From a virus (Duplodnaviria; Caudoviricetes), in IMG/VR virus record IMGVR_UViG_3300048502_000015, positions 96,425 through 160,424 of that record: a stretch of 64,000 nt of DNA; one strand, given 5' to 3'. The position numbers were made by a program, and so were the translations under genes. Shown one piece after another: positions 9,805-19,932 of the stretch. The notes under the pieces were generated by a model. The model saw only the letters and a program-made list of their open reading frames with translations, ran no database searches and had not been told where the DNA came from. Position 1 is the stretch's first letter. Every line of letters begins with the position of its first letter.

Positions 9805-10245
9805 TTATTTGACGGTTGTTGCAGAAAATCTGTGTTCGTGGTTCTCTTTGTTCTTCGTTCTAGCTCCACGGCCACGGAATTTAACCCCATTTTCTTCCAA
9901 TACGATCACATCGTACTCGGGATAAGGGTATTCCCGATCTATAAGGTAAGAAACCACGGCAATCGGTGTTTGCTCGTACCTTTTTCTTTGCTTCTTTTGT
10001 TCTTTAACGATATCCGAAAGGTTCTTACCCTTCTTGTCAGTGGATAACACAATACTGGCATCATATTCTCGCCATTTACGATCATCGAAAGGTATGGGCA
10101 AATTTGTTGGTTGGTGCAAACCCTTCTGGAATCGGGAATACTTCAACCAGCGAAAACCAAACTCAGTCGATAGACGAAAGAAGATGCGGTCGTAAAGGGG
10201 TAAGCCCTTCAATATCCACGGACGGCTATGAATAACTTTGCTCAT
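9805..10245 (-). CDS. Hypothetical protein
   Basis: Translationally coupled in minus-strand operon. Confidence 0.55.
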   Translation of the reverse strand: MSKVIHSRPWILKGLPLYDRIFFRLSTEFGFRWLKYSRFQKGLHQPTNLPIPFDDRKWREYDASIVLSTDKKGKNLSDIVKEQKKQRKRYEQTPIAVVSYLIDREYPYPEYDVIVLEENGVKFRGRGARTKNKENHEHRFSATTVK

Positions 10246-11051
10246 TATGGCCTCGTGGTTGATCTCGTTGTCTTATTGTTCTTTGAACGTGATTCAATAG
10301 GGATACCAATTGGTGGTGTTCCCTTAATTATTTCCTTGATTCTCTTCTGGAGTTGTCGTTGTTCTCGATAGCTAAGCGTAACTCCACGAGGGACCTTGAT
10401 GGTAATCTCCTTCAACGGCTTACGTAAAGTCTCAAGCTCCTTCAGGAATTCTTTACTTGAAGTCGTTCGAGGACTACTGAGATACTTGACTGCTAAATCA
10501 GTATTAACATACTCTTTGATTGGTAGCCGCTCCCTATTCCAAATCTTATCTGATTCTGCTTGTGCCCCTCGTTGTGCTATCACCAAATCGGATAGGACTG
10601 GACCAGGAGTGATTGGTTCCAAAGAACCACTTTTGCCGCTAACATAAGTAACTTTAGGAGGAGGTCCCGGTGTCTGGGAGAATTCAAACCCCTTAGGAGG
10701 ATAAGTTGAAGAAGGATAGCCCAAAACTTCTTCTCCTCTTGCGATTTCCATCTGTTTCTTTGTTTCGGCTTGCTTTTCCTTTTCTTGTTCTAGAATTTCA
10801 TCCGAAGGGCCGGTTCGTATAACCTCAAGATGGCCTTTTTTGGTGGCGACTATCTCGTAGCGATCCTCTCCGAGAGAAAAGGTAACGGAATCCTGAACCT
10901 TCGTGGTTATTGTCTCCAATTCGTATCCAGAACGAGGTTCTTTAGAAACAAAATCAAAAAGCCCCTCTGCCTCATAGGATGCCGAATTTATAGACTTACG
11001 TGAGAATTCTTCAATTCCCCTTTTTTCATCATCAACTTTCTTGTTATCCAT
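10245..11051 (-). CDS. Hypothetical protein
   Basis: 268 aa ORF in operon. Confidence 0.65.
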   Translation of the reverse strand: MDNKKVDDEKRGIEEFSRKSINSASYEAEGLFDFVSKEPRSGYELETITTKVQDSVTFSLGEDRYEIVATKKGHLEVIRTGPSDEILEQEKEKQAETKKQMEIARGEEVLGYPSSTYPPKGFEFSQTPGPPPKVTYVSGKSGSLEPITPGPVLSDLVIAQRGAQAESDKIWNRERLPIKEYVNTDLAVKYLSSPRTTSSKEFLKELETLRKPLKEITIKVPRGVTLSYREQRQLQKRIKEIIKGTPPIGIPIESRSKNNKTTRSTTRP

Positions 11052-11053
11052 GA

Positions 11054-11911
11054 TTAACTCTTTTGAGTAGGATTAACGACTACAGAAAGTCCTCCAATGC
11101 CAGCTTCAATTCCTCCTGCGCCTCTACGTCGGGCGATATCGTCGGTAATCTTAGCTCGTGCATTCGGATCATTCGGATTAAATCCATCCGAGATGATTGC
11201 CGGATTTCCCCCGGTCGGAACAAACCCCGAAACCGTTCGAGAAAGTCCTCCGTCAGCCCGTGCGACCTGCTTATCGCTGTATTGACCCTGAAGAACTCCT
11301 GGATCAAGGGTAGCTACGGTAACACCTTGACTATTGAACTCGGCTTCAACTTTGATCGATCCCGGACTATACTTTTCGCCCTTTTCGTTCCGAAGAATAT
11401 CGAATGGTGTATGGACTCGGTTTTCGACATTGTTAACCTGATTCTCAATGATCTTATTAGCCACGCTAGCCGAAATGACCTCGATGATTCCGGTACTAAG
11501 GTTTCGCTTGAGAATCGGATCTTCCAAATCTTCCTTAGTTAGGGGATGAAGATCTCCTGGCTTACCACGAGGCTTCAATTCGATTCGACGCTTCTCTGTC
11601 TGTCGATCTAGACGAAGAGAGAACGGAGCCGGATAAAGATTGCGGACATACCACGGTCCCTTCTTATCGATTGCTTCAAGTTCCTTTGCAGCAGCCTTCT
11701 GTGCCTTCTCAATATCGGCACGACGCTGTTCCTCTTCCTTGATCCAAAGTTCAACGTCAGCGGAAATCTCTGAAGGAATAGGGAGTCCTGCGCTCTTGAG
11801 AGCCGCATAAGCTTGATACTTCGCCTGACGCTGATCGTCAGTAAGTTCAATTATTGCTTCTGGCTCCGGTTTTGGAGCACGGGTACGAGGGGTTGTCTTG
11901 GTGGTTGCCAT
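11054..11911 (-). CDS. Hypothetical, probably virion-associated protein
   Basis: 285 aa, SD AAGGA, structural strand. Confidence 0.65.
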   Translation of the reverse strand: MATTKTTPRTRAPKPEPEAIIELTDDQRQAKYQAYAALKSAGLPIPSEISADVELWIKEEEQRRADIEKAQKAAAKELEAIDKKGPWYVRNLYPAPFSLRLDRQTEKRRIELKPRGKPGDLHPLTKEDLEDPILKRNLSTGIIEVISASVANKIIENQVNNVENRVHTPFDILRNEKGEKYSPGSIKVEAEFNSQGVTVATLDPGVLQGQYSDKQVARADGGLSRTVSGFVPTGGNPAIISDGFNPNDPNARAKITDDIARRRGAGGIEAGIGGLSVVVNPTQKS

Positions 11912-12038
11912 TTGGCGATCCTTTGGTCTATATGTTTACTAATCTGAACGACGAACTACTTACTCACCTTTTATATGGCCAACGCATTCAATTTTGATGC
12001 ATCCCGGAGGTAACAGGTGAAAACTACCAGGAGAATAA

Positions 12039-12158
12039 ATGCTTTTATTCCTAATCTTAATCATCCTACTCTTCATTGTTCTAGGAGTCACCGTTAGCCA
12101 CTTTCTTTGGATCGTGGTTGTCGTTATCATCATTCTACTTCTATTCAGAGCGTTGTAA
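12039..12158 (+). CDS. 39 aa hydrophobic membrane peptide
   Basis: MLLFLILIILLFIVLGVTVSHFLWIVVVVIIILLLFRAL*, SD AGGAG, TAATG-coupled to next gene; not in ORF track. Confidence 0.6.
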   Translation: MLLFLILIILLFIVLGVTVSHFLWIVVVVIIILLLFRAL

Positions 12159-12964
12159 TGACCCAACCTATCTACTCTTTAGGAAAGAAGAAGGCTAGAT
12201 TTGTAGAGTCGGATAAATTCTTTGCTACATATCGGAACCCAACTTCCGCTGGAACCTTGGATATCCCATCCGTCTTTGGTCATGGAAATACTTTCACTGA
12301 CTGGGGAATGAACGGAAATGACCTTTGGGGAGATTGTGTTTGGGCCGGTGGAGGACACGAAACCGAACTAATCAACAATCTTGCCGATGGCGGAAAGGTT
12401 GGTGTAGAACCGATTGTAATTACAGCCGACAACTCTTTGTCGGATTATGCTGCTTCAACCGGATTCAACATCAACGCCGGTCCTTCAGGAAACAACCCAA
12501 CCGATCAAGGAACCGATGTTCACGACGCCCTTAACTATCGTCAGACCACGGGGCTTGTAGACTCTGTTGGAAATCGTCATAAGATTGCAGCTTATGTTGC
12601 TCTAGAAGTTGGAAACTATCAGCATCTTCTTGAGGCTGCTTGGATTTTCGACTTTGTTGGGATCGGAATCAACTTCCCAGAATCAGCTATGACCCAGTTC
12701 AACAACGGTCAACCATGGTCGGTTGTCCCTGGAGCTACAATCTCGGGCGGGCATTATATCCCGATTGTTGGCGTTCCTACTCCGGGAATGTTGGCTATTG
12801 TGACATGGGGAAAGAGACAACTCATGACCGAAGGTTTCTTCAAGAAGTACTGCGACGAGGCTTACGCCATGATCACTTTGGATAGCCTTAATAGCAAGAC
12901 TAATGAGAACTATGGTGGATTCAACTGGACACAACTTCAGGCGGATCTCAAGATTGTAAGCTAA
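12158..12964 (+). CDS. Papain-like (Cys-His) peptidase domain protein
   Basis: GNDLWGDCVWA (Cys), GGHYIPIVG (His), VTWG motifs. Confidence 0.6.
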   Translation: MTQPIYSLGKKKARFVESDKFFATYRNPTSAGTLDIPSVFGHGNTFTDWGMNGNDLWGDCVWAGGGHETELINNLADGGKVGVEPIVITADNSLSDYAASTGFNINAGPSGNNPTDQGTDVHDALNYRQTTGLVDSVGNRHKIAAYVALEVGNYQHLLEAAWIFDFVGIGINFPESAMTQFNNGQPWSVVPGATISGGHYIPIVGVPTPGMLAIVTWGKRQLMTEGFFKKYCDEAYAMITLDSLNSKTNENYGGFNWTQLQADLKIVS

Positions 12965-12999
12965 CATCTGCTATACTTCCCTTAGATAAGTAATAACAG

Positions 13000-13029
13000 A
13001 GGACCGTCCCTAAAAAGATGGTCCTTTTT
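13000..13029 (+). terminator. Intrinsic terminator
   Basis: AGGACCGTC / GATGGTCCT stem followed by T run. Confidence 0.65.
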
Positions 13030-13426
13030 GTTTTATAAAACGACAATAAGGACGGATGATTTTATTCGTATTCTATTTACAAAAACGCTTCTAACGACGT
13101 TATTAGCCACATTTTCATTTCATGGGCATCACCATAAGCCGCATCATCATAAGATCAGTTATGGACCCCCGGTTGTATTGGATACAACCTCGTACTGCCA
13201 AGGGAGTATTACTTCTTCTGGCATTCACCCCTATCTAGGGGAAGTGGCAAATAACATTTGGCCTCTCGGAACAAAAGTAAAGGTTTGGCCTCCGGTTTAT
13301 GGCCTAACTCACTTTGTTATCGAAGACCATATCGGTTGGGGAAGTCAGATGGATTTCTACAACCCCTCTTGCGGCGCTGCGATTCAGTATGGTCGTAGAA
13401 CCGAATCTGTGAGAGTTGCCAAGTAG
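13028..13426 (+). CDS. 3D/RlpA-like (double-psi beta barrel) cell-wall hydrolase
   Basis: TSY..TSSG..VA..PLGTKV..IEDHIG..MDFY..AIQYGRR; start uncertain. Confidence 0.75.
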   Translation: MFYKTTIRTDDFIRILFTKTLLTTLLATFSFHGHHHKPHHHKISYGPPVVLDTTSYCQGSITSSGIHPYLGEVANNIWPLGTKVKVWPPVYGLTHFVIEDHIGWGSQMDFYNPSCGAAIQYGRRTESVRVAK

Positions 13427-13536
13427 TCTGCTATACTAGGATTGTATTAGTTCCTAAGGGCAGCAGGAGGGGTGCGCATTCCTTAAACGCACAATTTCTT
13501 TTTGATTATAGTCTTTCTTTATGCTATAATACACCT

Positions 13537-14961
13537 ATGAGCAACTTCCTCCCCACTCCAGAGCAGCAGGCAGCCCTCGACGCATTTGCTACAGGCGAGA
13601 ACATGGTCATTCAGGCCGGTGCAGGAACCGGCAAGACCTCAACGCTTCGCCTTCTGGCAGAGTCCACAAGTAAATCAGGACTATACTTGGCCTACAACAA
13701 GGCAATCCAGCTTGATGCTGCTAAGGATTTCCCGGAGTCCTGCCAATGCAAGACGGCTCACTCGCTTGCCTACGGTGGTGTCATTCGGATGCCGAACGGT
13801 AAGTCCCTTCTGAACCGCCTCCGTGCTCCTCGCGTCACTTCCAAGCAGGCCGTTTCGATCCTTGGAATTCCCTCTGGCGGATTTCAGATCAGCAACGATC
13901 AGAACCTTGCCGCTTGGATCATCGCTCGCGCAGCGATGGATACGGTCAAGAACTTCTGCAACAGCGCCGACACCGAGGTTGACAAGAAGCACGTTGCTAA
14001 GATCGACGGGGTTGAGGATCACGCTTCTCTCGCCTCCTACGTGGCTCCGTTTGCTGCTAAGGCTTGGGCCGACCTGAACAACAAGGACGGCCAGCTTAAG
14101 TTCGACCACGATCACTACCTCAAGATCTGGGCGCTGTCTAACCCCAAGCTGAACGCCGATTACATCCTCTTTGATGAGGCTCAGGATGCCAACCCGGTCA
14201 TCGTCGGAATCCTGAAGAACCAGGATGCCCAGCTTGTAGCGGTTGGCGATGAGGCTCAGGCCATCTACGGCTGGAGAGGCGCAGTTGACGCGATGCACGC
14301 CTTCGACGCTAAGCACCGTGTAACGCTCTCTCAGAGCTTCCGCTTCGGTCCTGCGGTTGCTGAGCAGGCCAACAAGTACCTTGACCTTCTTGACGCTCCG
14401 CTGCGTCTGAGCGGCTTCGATAAGGTCAACTCAACGGTCGAGATCCTTTCGGACCCCGATGCAATCCTCTGCCGCACGAATGCAGCGGTTTTCGAGTACG
14501 CAATGAACTTCCAGGCCGATGGCAAGAAGGTTGCAATCGTCGGAGGGGCAACCGAGATCAAGAACTTTGCTTTCGGCGCTCTTGCTCTGATGAAGGGCGA
14601 GACTACTAGCCACCCCGACCTGTCGGCTTTCGCTAACTGGGCCGAGGTTAACGAGTACGTCGGCAGCGACGAGGGCAAGGATCTCAAGGTCATGGTCAAC
14701 ATGGTCAACATGTACGGGGTCGGCGCAATCCTCGACGTTTGCAACAACTCTGTTGACGAGTCCTCAGCCGATCTAATTGTTTCTACCGCCCACAAGAGCA
14801 AGGGCCGGGAATGGAATAAGGTTCGAATTGGACGGGACTTCAAGGCTCCTGAGAGCGGTGTTCCGAGCCGTCAGGATCTTATGTTGCTATATGTCTCTGT
14901 AACCCGTGCCAAGATCGTCCTTGACGCCTCTGCACTCTCCTGGGTAGATGATCTCTCATGA
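13537..14961 (+). CDS. UvrD/Rep-like superfamily 1 helicase
   Basis: AGAGTGKT, DEAQD, VGDEAQAIYGWRGA, LSQSFRFG, STAHKSKGREW, YVSVTRA. Confidence 0.93.
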   Translation: MSNFLPTPEQQAALDAFATGENMVIQAGAGTGKTSTLRLLAESTSKSGLYLAYNKAIQLDAAKDFPESCQCKTAHSLAYGGVIRMPNGKSLLNRLRAPRVTSKQAVSILGIPSGGFQISNDQNLAAWIIARAAMDTVKNFCNSADTEVDKKHVAKIDGVEDHASLASYVAPFAAKAWADLNNKDGQLKFDHDHYLKIWALSNPKLNADYILFDEAQDANPVIVGILKNQDAQLVAVGDEAQAIYGWRGAVDAMHAFDAKHRVTLSQSFRFGPAVAEQANKYLDLLDAPLRLSGFDKVNSTVEILSDPDAILCRTNAAVFEYAMNFQADGKKVAIVGGATEIKNFAFGALALMKGETTSHPDLSAFANWAEVNEYVGSDEGKDLKVMVNMVNMYGVGAILDVCNNSVDESSADLIVSTAHKSKGREWNKVRIGRDFKAPESGVPSRQDLMLLYVSVTRAKIVLDASALSWVDDLS

Positions 14962-15140
14962 TCGAAAATCCCTTTGAGTTGCCTCCATATCCGTGTCCTC
15001 GATGTAAAGAGGTTCATGATCCAGTGGTGGAGTGTGAAATCAAATACCCGCAGCCATGCATCGGATGCGGAAAATTTGTAGGAAAGAAGTCCCGTTATTA
15101 TAATCAATGCGCCGATTGCGCCGATGACTGGAGCTACTAA
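14958..15140 (+). CDS. Small Cys-rich (zinc-binding) protein
   Basis: Three CxxC pairs; ATGA overlap. Confidence 0.55.
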   Translation: MIENPFELPPYPCPRCKEVHDPVVECEIKYPQPCIGCGKFVGKKSRYYNQCADCADDWSY

Positions 15141-15141
15141 G

Positions 15142-15462
15142 ATGAGCTACGCCCGAGCACAAGCTGAATACGACCGCCAGGGACCACCGGAACCCGATGG
15201 CTACCATGATGCTAATGGGGAGCCAATTGACAAGGGAGACAGGGTGCGGATTGCCGGTCCTCATAAGATCCCCTCGCCGGAATCGTCAGGAGTAATCCTC
15301 TCAATCAGTGACCCAGATGGCGATGTTGATGATGAGGGTCGTTCGGTCTATTATCCGCCGCGAGTAACCGTTCTGTTTGATATTGGGGATGAGGATTACT
15401 TCCTTGGATATCATGTTTACGGCGACGATGGCTTCACGTTCGAAGATCTGGTGAAACTGTAA
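15142..15462 (+). CDS. Hypothetical protein with SH3/KOW-like motif
   Basis: DANGEPIDKGDRVRI motif. Confidence 0.55.
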   Translation: MSYARAQAEYDRQGPPEPDGYHDANGEPIDKGDRVRIAGPHKIPSPESSGVILSISDPDGDVDDEGRSVYYPPRVTVLFDIGDEDYFLGYHVYGDDGFTFEDLVKL

Positions 15463-15920
15463 TGGGTAAAATCCGCCGTATTCGTTACGGGCCATATCAT
15501 AAGGTGTTAAACGAGAATCCTTATCGAGATCAATCTAAAGATCCGCAGTACGATCATCGGAACGTTACGGTAATCAATACCTACGAGGAAGCCTTTATTC
15601 GCCAGCTTAGTAGGGATGGCATAGGATGGAATCCAGGCGGGGCATACCAGCTATGTATCCCGTTTCCTAATCTAGAAACAGGGTCGATGATCGATGTTGA
15701 CGGAGATCGAGCCATCATTCGAGTTGAAATGGTAGGAGCTTCTGTGAATCTTTTCTATCACGACAGTCCAAGTTATAAGGGGTTTGTTTCAAAAGAAAAT
15801 CTAGTCCGCGAAGAAGAATATCGCAAAGGAAATATCTTCTCAGCCTACGATAAAGATCAAAATCTCGATTATGAATTTGTCTTAGAAGAATGGTTCGTGT
15901 TAACGCAGGACGAAACCTGA
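15462..15920 (+). CDS. Hypothetical protein
   Basis: TAATG coupling. Confidence 0.6.
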   Translation: MGKIRRIRYGPYHKVLNENPYRDQSKDPQYDHRNVTVINTYEEAFIRQLSRDGIGWNPGGAYQLCIPFPNLETGSMIDVDGDRAIIRVEMVGASVNLFYHDSPSYKGFVSKENLVREEEYRKGNIFSAYDKDQNLDYEFVLEEWFVLTQDET

Positions 15921-15932
15921 TATACTATAGAT

Positions 15933-17090
15933 ATGAATATTAAGCCAATGAAGGCCCAAGCCGTTGATGTTCTTCCTGATGGTCCGTACATCATGGAGCC
16001 GAAATTTGATGGCTGGCGAGCACTTGCAGTCTCGACTCAAGCTGGCGTCATCCTCTACACGAATACCGGCAAGACCATCGATTCGGTTCCCTATATCAAC
16101 GACGCTCTGAAGAACCTTCCTGTCGGGACCATTGTAGACGGCGAGATTGTCGATCTTGCTGGCGATACCCAGTGGAATCGGACGCAGACGATTTGTTCTC
16201 GTTATGCCGCTCATGTTCCTACCGCTTCTGATCCGGCTCTGAGCTATGTCCTTTTTGACATTCTGGCTCTTGGAATGGTGGACTACAAGAACGAGCGTTT
16301 GGGTTTCCGGAAGTCACGTTTGGACGACCTATTTCGTCTTCTTTCTCTTGGCGGCGTCATTGGACAGGTTCCGACCTGGGATGTCTCGCAAGATGTCCTC
16401 GACCACCTTGTTATTGTTAAGGGGTTCGAAGGCGTTGTTTGCAAGCACCTTGATTCTAAGTACGTCCCCGGTTCTCGCAATCGTGGCTGGGTCAAGATCA
16501 AGCCTTACAAGGAGATCGACGTTCTTTGCACCGGAACTTTCCCGGCAAAAGAGGGAAGCAAGTACGACGGCAACGCCGTTGGCGGAATCACCTTCCGAGT
16601 TGTCCATGAAGATGGAACGGTCTACGAGGATGGACAGGCTGCCGGGATGGACGACTTCCTTCGAACGGACCTTTACGACCATCCCGAGAAGTATGTCGGG
16701 CGCGTTGTTGAGATCAAGCATTGGGGAATTGGCAAGGATGGAGCGTTGCGTCATCCTAACTTCTACCGATTTCGTGATGTGGCCGATAAGGGTCCTGCGG
16801 AGCTTCCTCAACCATCCGATGTCCCGCATGTTATGATGGCAGTTGGAATCTTGTCTGGGCGGGACGTTATCAAGATCGAGAAGCCAAAGAAGGTTGCTCC
16901 GGTCCTTGGAAGCGGTCCTTCAGGTCGTATGAGGAACTATAAGGCAATGGGAGATCCTAAGCTGCTGATTGCCCTTGCCGAGCTTCGTGCAGGCGTAGGA
17001 GACTCTTACGACAGGGCCTTGAGCGGTTCAGGAGATCCTGCTGCCGATCTAAAAGTTGCCGAAGCTGAAGCTGCCGCCCGTGGATTGTGA
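15933..17090 (+). CDS. lig: ATP-dependent DNA ligase
   Basis: EPKFDGWR (motif I), DGEIV, FDIL, EGVVCK, WVKIK, LRHP.F.RFR OB-fold motif. Confidence 0.92.
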   Translation: MNIKPMKAQAVDVLPDGPYIMEPKFDGWRALAVSTQAGVILYTNTGKTIDSVPYINDALKNLPVGTIVDGEIVDLAGDTQWNRTQTICSRYAAHVPTASDPALSYVLFDILALGMVDYKNERLGFRKSRLDDLFRLLSLGGVIGQVPTWDVSQDVLDHLVIVKGFEGVVCKHLDSKYVPGSRNRGWVKIKPYKEIDVLCTGTFPAKEGSKYDGNAVGGITFRVVHEDGTVYEDGQAAGMDDFLRTDLYDHPEKYVGRVVEIKHWGIGKDGALRHPNFYRFRDVADKGPAELPQPSDVPHVMMAVGILSGRDVIKIEKPKKVAPVLGSGPSGRMRNYKAMGDPKLLIALAELRAGVGDSYDRALSGSGDPAADLKVAEAEAAARGL

Positions 17091-17102
17091 TATACTTAAG
17101 CT

Positions 17103-17687
17103 ATGACAAATCAACCACTACTTGGCCGTTGTAAGGAATGCGATTACGCTCTCTTTGCTACCGACGAGGATCTCGTTCAAGCTGAGAGCTTCCGCGATAT
17201 CAAGCAAACCGGAGTTGTTTATCGGATGCTGCTTCCGCTGGAGGCTTTCTTTGCCCGTTGTCCTCAACGGCATAAGGTCTTTGTTCTCAACCGCATCAAG
17301 GGAACCTACTCCAAGGACCACAAGTGCGATGCTCGTTGTCTGAATGCAAAGGGCCACGATTGTACTTGTTCTTGCGGCGGGGCTAATCATGGACGCGGAC
17401 ATACAGCCGTCCATGTGGCTACCGAAAAGGTCCAGCTACTTGTTGGCGAAGTCGGAAAGACCATCCGTGGAACAGCTAAGGTCGCCAGCAAGCGCGATAT
17501 CACAGATGCCACTCTCTACACCTTTGTAAATCCCGCTGGGACCGTTACCATCAAGTGGTTCGCTCCTTCTTACGCCAATCCGGATTACGCGATTGGCCAG
17601 GAAGTGAACTTCCGCGCTCGTGTAAAGAAGCACGAGGACAACGAATACGGTAAGGCGACCATCGTGACATACCTGGAGGAAGTATAA
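17103..17687 (+). CDS. Zinc-binding plus OB-fold protein
   Basis: CDARC..A.GHDCTCSCGG.NHG; C-terminal RARVKKH..YGK.T OB-like region. Confidence 0.6.
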   Translation: MTNQPLLGRCKECDYALFATDEDLVQAESFRDIKQTGVVYRMLLPLEAFFARCPQRHKVFVLNRIKGTYSKDHKCDARCLNAKGHDCTCSCGGANHGRGHTAVHVATEKVQLLVGEVGKTIRGTAKVASKRDITDATLYTFVNPAGTVTIKWFAPSYANPDYAIGQEVNFRARVKKHEDNEYGKATIVTYLEEV

Positions 17688-18568
17688 TGATTCGAAGAAT
17701 AGCTTTTATATCAATCTCGTGGGTAGCCACTTTTCTCGGACTATTAACGGTTCATTATATTGTCGCTGCTCTTGGATTATTTTTCCTACTTAGTGGGTTT
17801 TATTCGTGGGATAATTATGCGATAAATCGTACTTTGGGAACAACTAAGAAGCGGCGATCCAAAGTAGACTACAACTACCTATATGAGCTTGAGGAGGCCA
17901 ACGGGTTTACTCATCTATACGACAGAAAGGGTAATCAGATTCAGGAGCCGGTTCCTCTGTCAGATACAGTCTTGAAAAAGATCGAGGCTAACAAAATGAG
18001 AACGCAAGATTTTCTTAAGGATCAAACTCCTCACGAAAGAAGACTGGTCGCACAGAGAAAGTTGGAAGAACTTGAAGACAACTATAAGGCTCAAAGGATT
18101 CTTATGGAAAGTATCGAGAAATATGAGGATTCAATTGCGCGGGGCCTTGCCGCTAACACTCAGTTCTTTCTAAACCGAGATAAGACATGTCATATCTGCG
18201 GAGGAAATCTTCGGACAATATATAGGGTTTCGGAACTTCCTGGAGCAGCTACATATACCAGTTGCTATCTATGTGGATCTCATTTTAAGAATGGCCGTAA
18301 GGTGGGACAAGAGGGATCTCCTGTTAGGATTAGCGAAACCCATTACGACAATGTTCTAAACGGCTTGTCGCCCGATGGTACTCGCCGCGAGGGAAATCCG
18401 CTGCCAAAACTTACACGGCAACAAAAGGATGAATCTATGCTCAAAACTCTTCATGAGAAGAACCGTCAAGCCTGGAGCAAAGAAGGTCTATATGTGGGCG
18501 AAAGCCATTACGACTACGACAACGATGGACGCCTTATATGGCGCGAGTCGATGGTAAGGAAGGATTAA
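17687..18568 (+). CDS. Membrane-anchored protein with zinc ribbon
   Basis: N-terminal TM, CHICG...CYLCG. Confidence 0.6.
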   Translation: MIRRIAFISISWVATFLGLLTVHYIVAALGLFFLLSGFYSWDNYAINRTLGTTKKRRSKVDYNYLYELEEANGFTHLYDRKGNQIQEPVPLSDTVLKKIEANKMRTQDFLKDQTPHERRLVAQRKLEELEDNYKAQRILMESIEKYEDSIARGLAANTQFFLNRDKTCHICGGNLRTIYRVSELPGAATYTSCYLCGSHFKNGRKVGQEGSPVRISETHYDNVLNGLSPDGTRREGNPLPKLTRQQKDESMLKTLHEKNRQAWSKEGLYVGESHYDYDNDGRLIWRESMVRKD

Positions 18569-18569
18569 A

Positions 18570-18836
18570 ATGTCTAATACAATTGTAATCAAAATTGCCC
18601 TCCACGGATTCAATGCCGACAACATCGAGTACATTATGAATGGACCGGGTTGGGAGGGCTTTACCGAAAGAGAAAAGATTGCCGGAGTTCTAGGATTGAT
18701 TGATTCTACTGGACCGGCCCTGGTACTTGCTCCCGCAGGGACTCAAGATGATTTCAAGTCAACGGCGTTTGACGGAACCATTCTTGATTTGAGAATTGAA
18801 AATCGACCAGAATTGGATGAAGAAGATGACGACTGA
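18570..18836 (+). CDS. Hypothetical protein
   Basis: SD AAGGA, operon position. Confidence 0.55.
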   Translation: MSNTIVIKIALHGFNADNIEYIMNGPGWEGFTEREKIAGVLGLIDSTGPALVLAPAGTQDDFKSTAFDGTILDLRIENRPELDEEDDD

Positions 18837-19281
18837 TAGCCGACCAGAAACCCTAAAGCATATTGTAAAGGTCATGAACCTCCTCGAAGAGGTAGTGGAC
18901 GAACTTCATTTGCGTGCAAAGTACCACGACAAGTCAAAGCTTGCCTCTCCCGAGGTAGAAGTCTTTGACGAATTCACTGATAGGCTTGCGGATAGTGAAT
19001 ACGGCAGCGATGAGTACAATGCTAATCTGGAGGCGATGAAGCCTGCTCTGGACCACCACTATGTCGCCAATCGTCATCATCCTCAGCATTGGATAAACGG
19101 TATCCGAGGTATGAGTCTAATCGATCTAATCGAAATGCTAGCCGATTGGAAAGCGGCTACTCTTAGAAACAAGAACGGCAATCTTGCAGAATCCATTATC
19201 CAGAATGCTGAACGATTTGAATACGACGATCACATGGTTAATCTGCTTCTTGAAACCGCCCGAGACATGGGTTGGTTGTGA
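18826..19281 (+). CDS. HD-like phosphohydrolase (DUF5662-like)
   Basis: HDKSKL, HHY..NRHHP.HW, EMLADW motifs. Confidence 0.75.
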   Translation: MTTDSRPETLKHIVKVMNLLEEVVDELHLRAKYHDKSKLASPEVEVFDEFTDRLADSEYGSDEYNANLEAMKPALDHHYVANRHHPQHWINGIRGMSLIDLIEMLADWKAATLRNKNGNLAESIIQNAERFEYDDHMVNLLLETARDMGWL

Positions 19282-19916
19282 TAATCAACTTACTTAACCA
19301 CGTACTGTTTGTCTTTGGGACCGATCAAGTAACGTCGGCAGAGATCCTTGGGTTCATTACAGGAATCGCTTGCGTCTATTTGGTTGTCAAGGAGAACGTC
19401 CATAACTTCTGGATCGGCATTCTCAATGCCGCGTTCTTCTTGATCCTTTTCTTGAACGCTCGACTTTATGCCGATAGTGGCCTTCAAGTGATGTTTATCG
19501 TTCTCAACGCCATTGGCTGGTGGGCTTGGCTCAAAGCCGGTCCTAACAAGACTCCGTTGAAGATCAGCAACGGTCGCAAATGGGAATTGCCAGTGATCGG
19601 GATATTGGTTATCGGAATTACCGCGATCCTCTATCCGATTCTGCTTCATATCCACGATATCGCTCCCTGGTGGGATGCCGTTACTACGGGACTCTCTGTA
19701 GGCGCTCAGTTGCTCCTTAATTGGAAGAGAATTGAGAACTGGTATATCTGGATTGCCGCAGACCTGATTTATATTCCACTGTACTTTTACAAGAACCTGT
19801 ACTTAACGGGAATCGTCTATATCGGCTTCATTACTCTTTCTTGTATTGGACTTGTCGGATGGATGGCCCGAAAGAGAATTCAGAATGCCAACTTGCCAGT
19901 GTACGAATCAATCTGA
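19272..19916 (+). CDS. pnuC: Nicotinamide riboside transporter PnuC
   Basis: Multi-TM; LYAD..LQ, GWWAW, PWWDA.TT.LS..AQ.LL..K.IENW..WI..D. Confidence 0.92.
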   Translation: MVVIINLLNHVLFVFGTDQVTSAEILGFITGIACVYLVVKENVHNFWIGILNAAFFLILFLNARLYADSGLQVMFIVLNAIGWWAWLKAGPNKTPLKISNGRKWELPVIGILVIGITAILYPILLHIHDIAPWWDAVTTGLSVGAQLLLNWKRIENWYIWIAADLIYIPLYFYKNLYLTGIVYIGFITLSCIGLVGWMARKRIQNANLPVYESI

Positions 19917-19932
19917 TAGACTAAGGAGAGAT

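Noticed and set aside
13586-16836. Long alternative-frame and antisense ORFs over helicase and ligase
   Set aside because: Shadows of GC3-biased real genes; no motifs or start signals.
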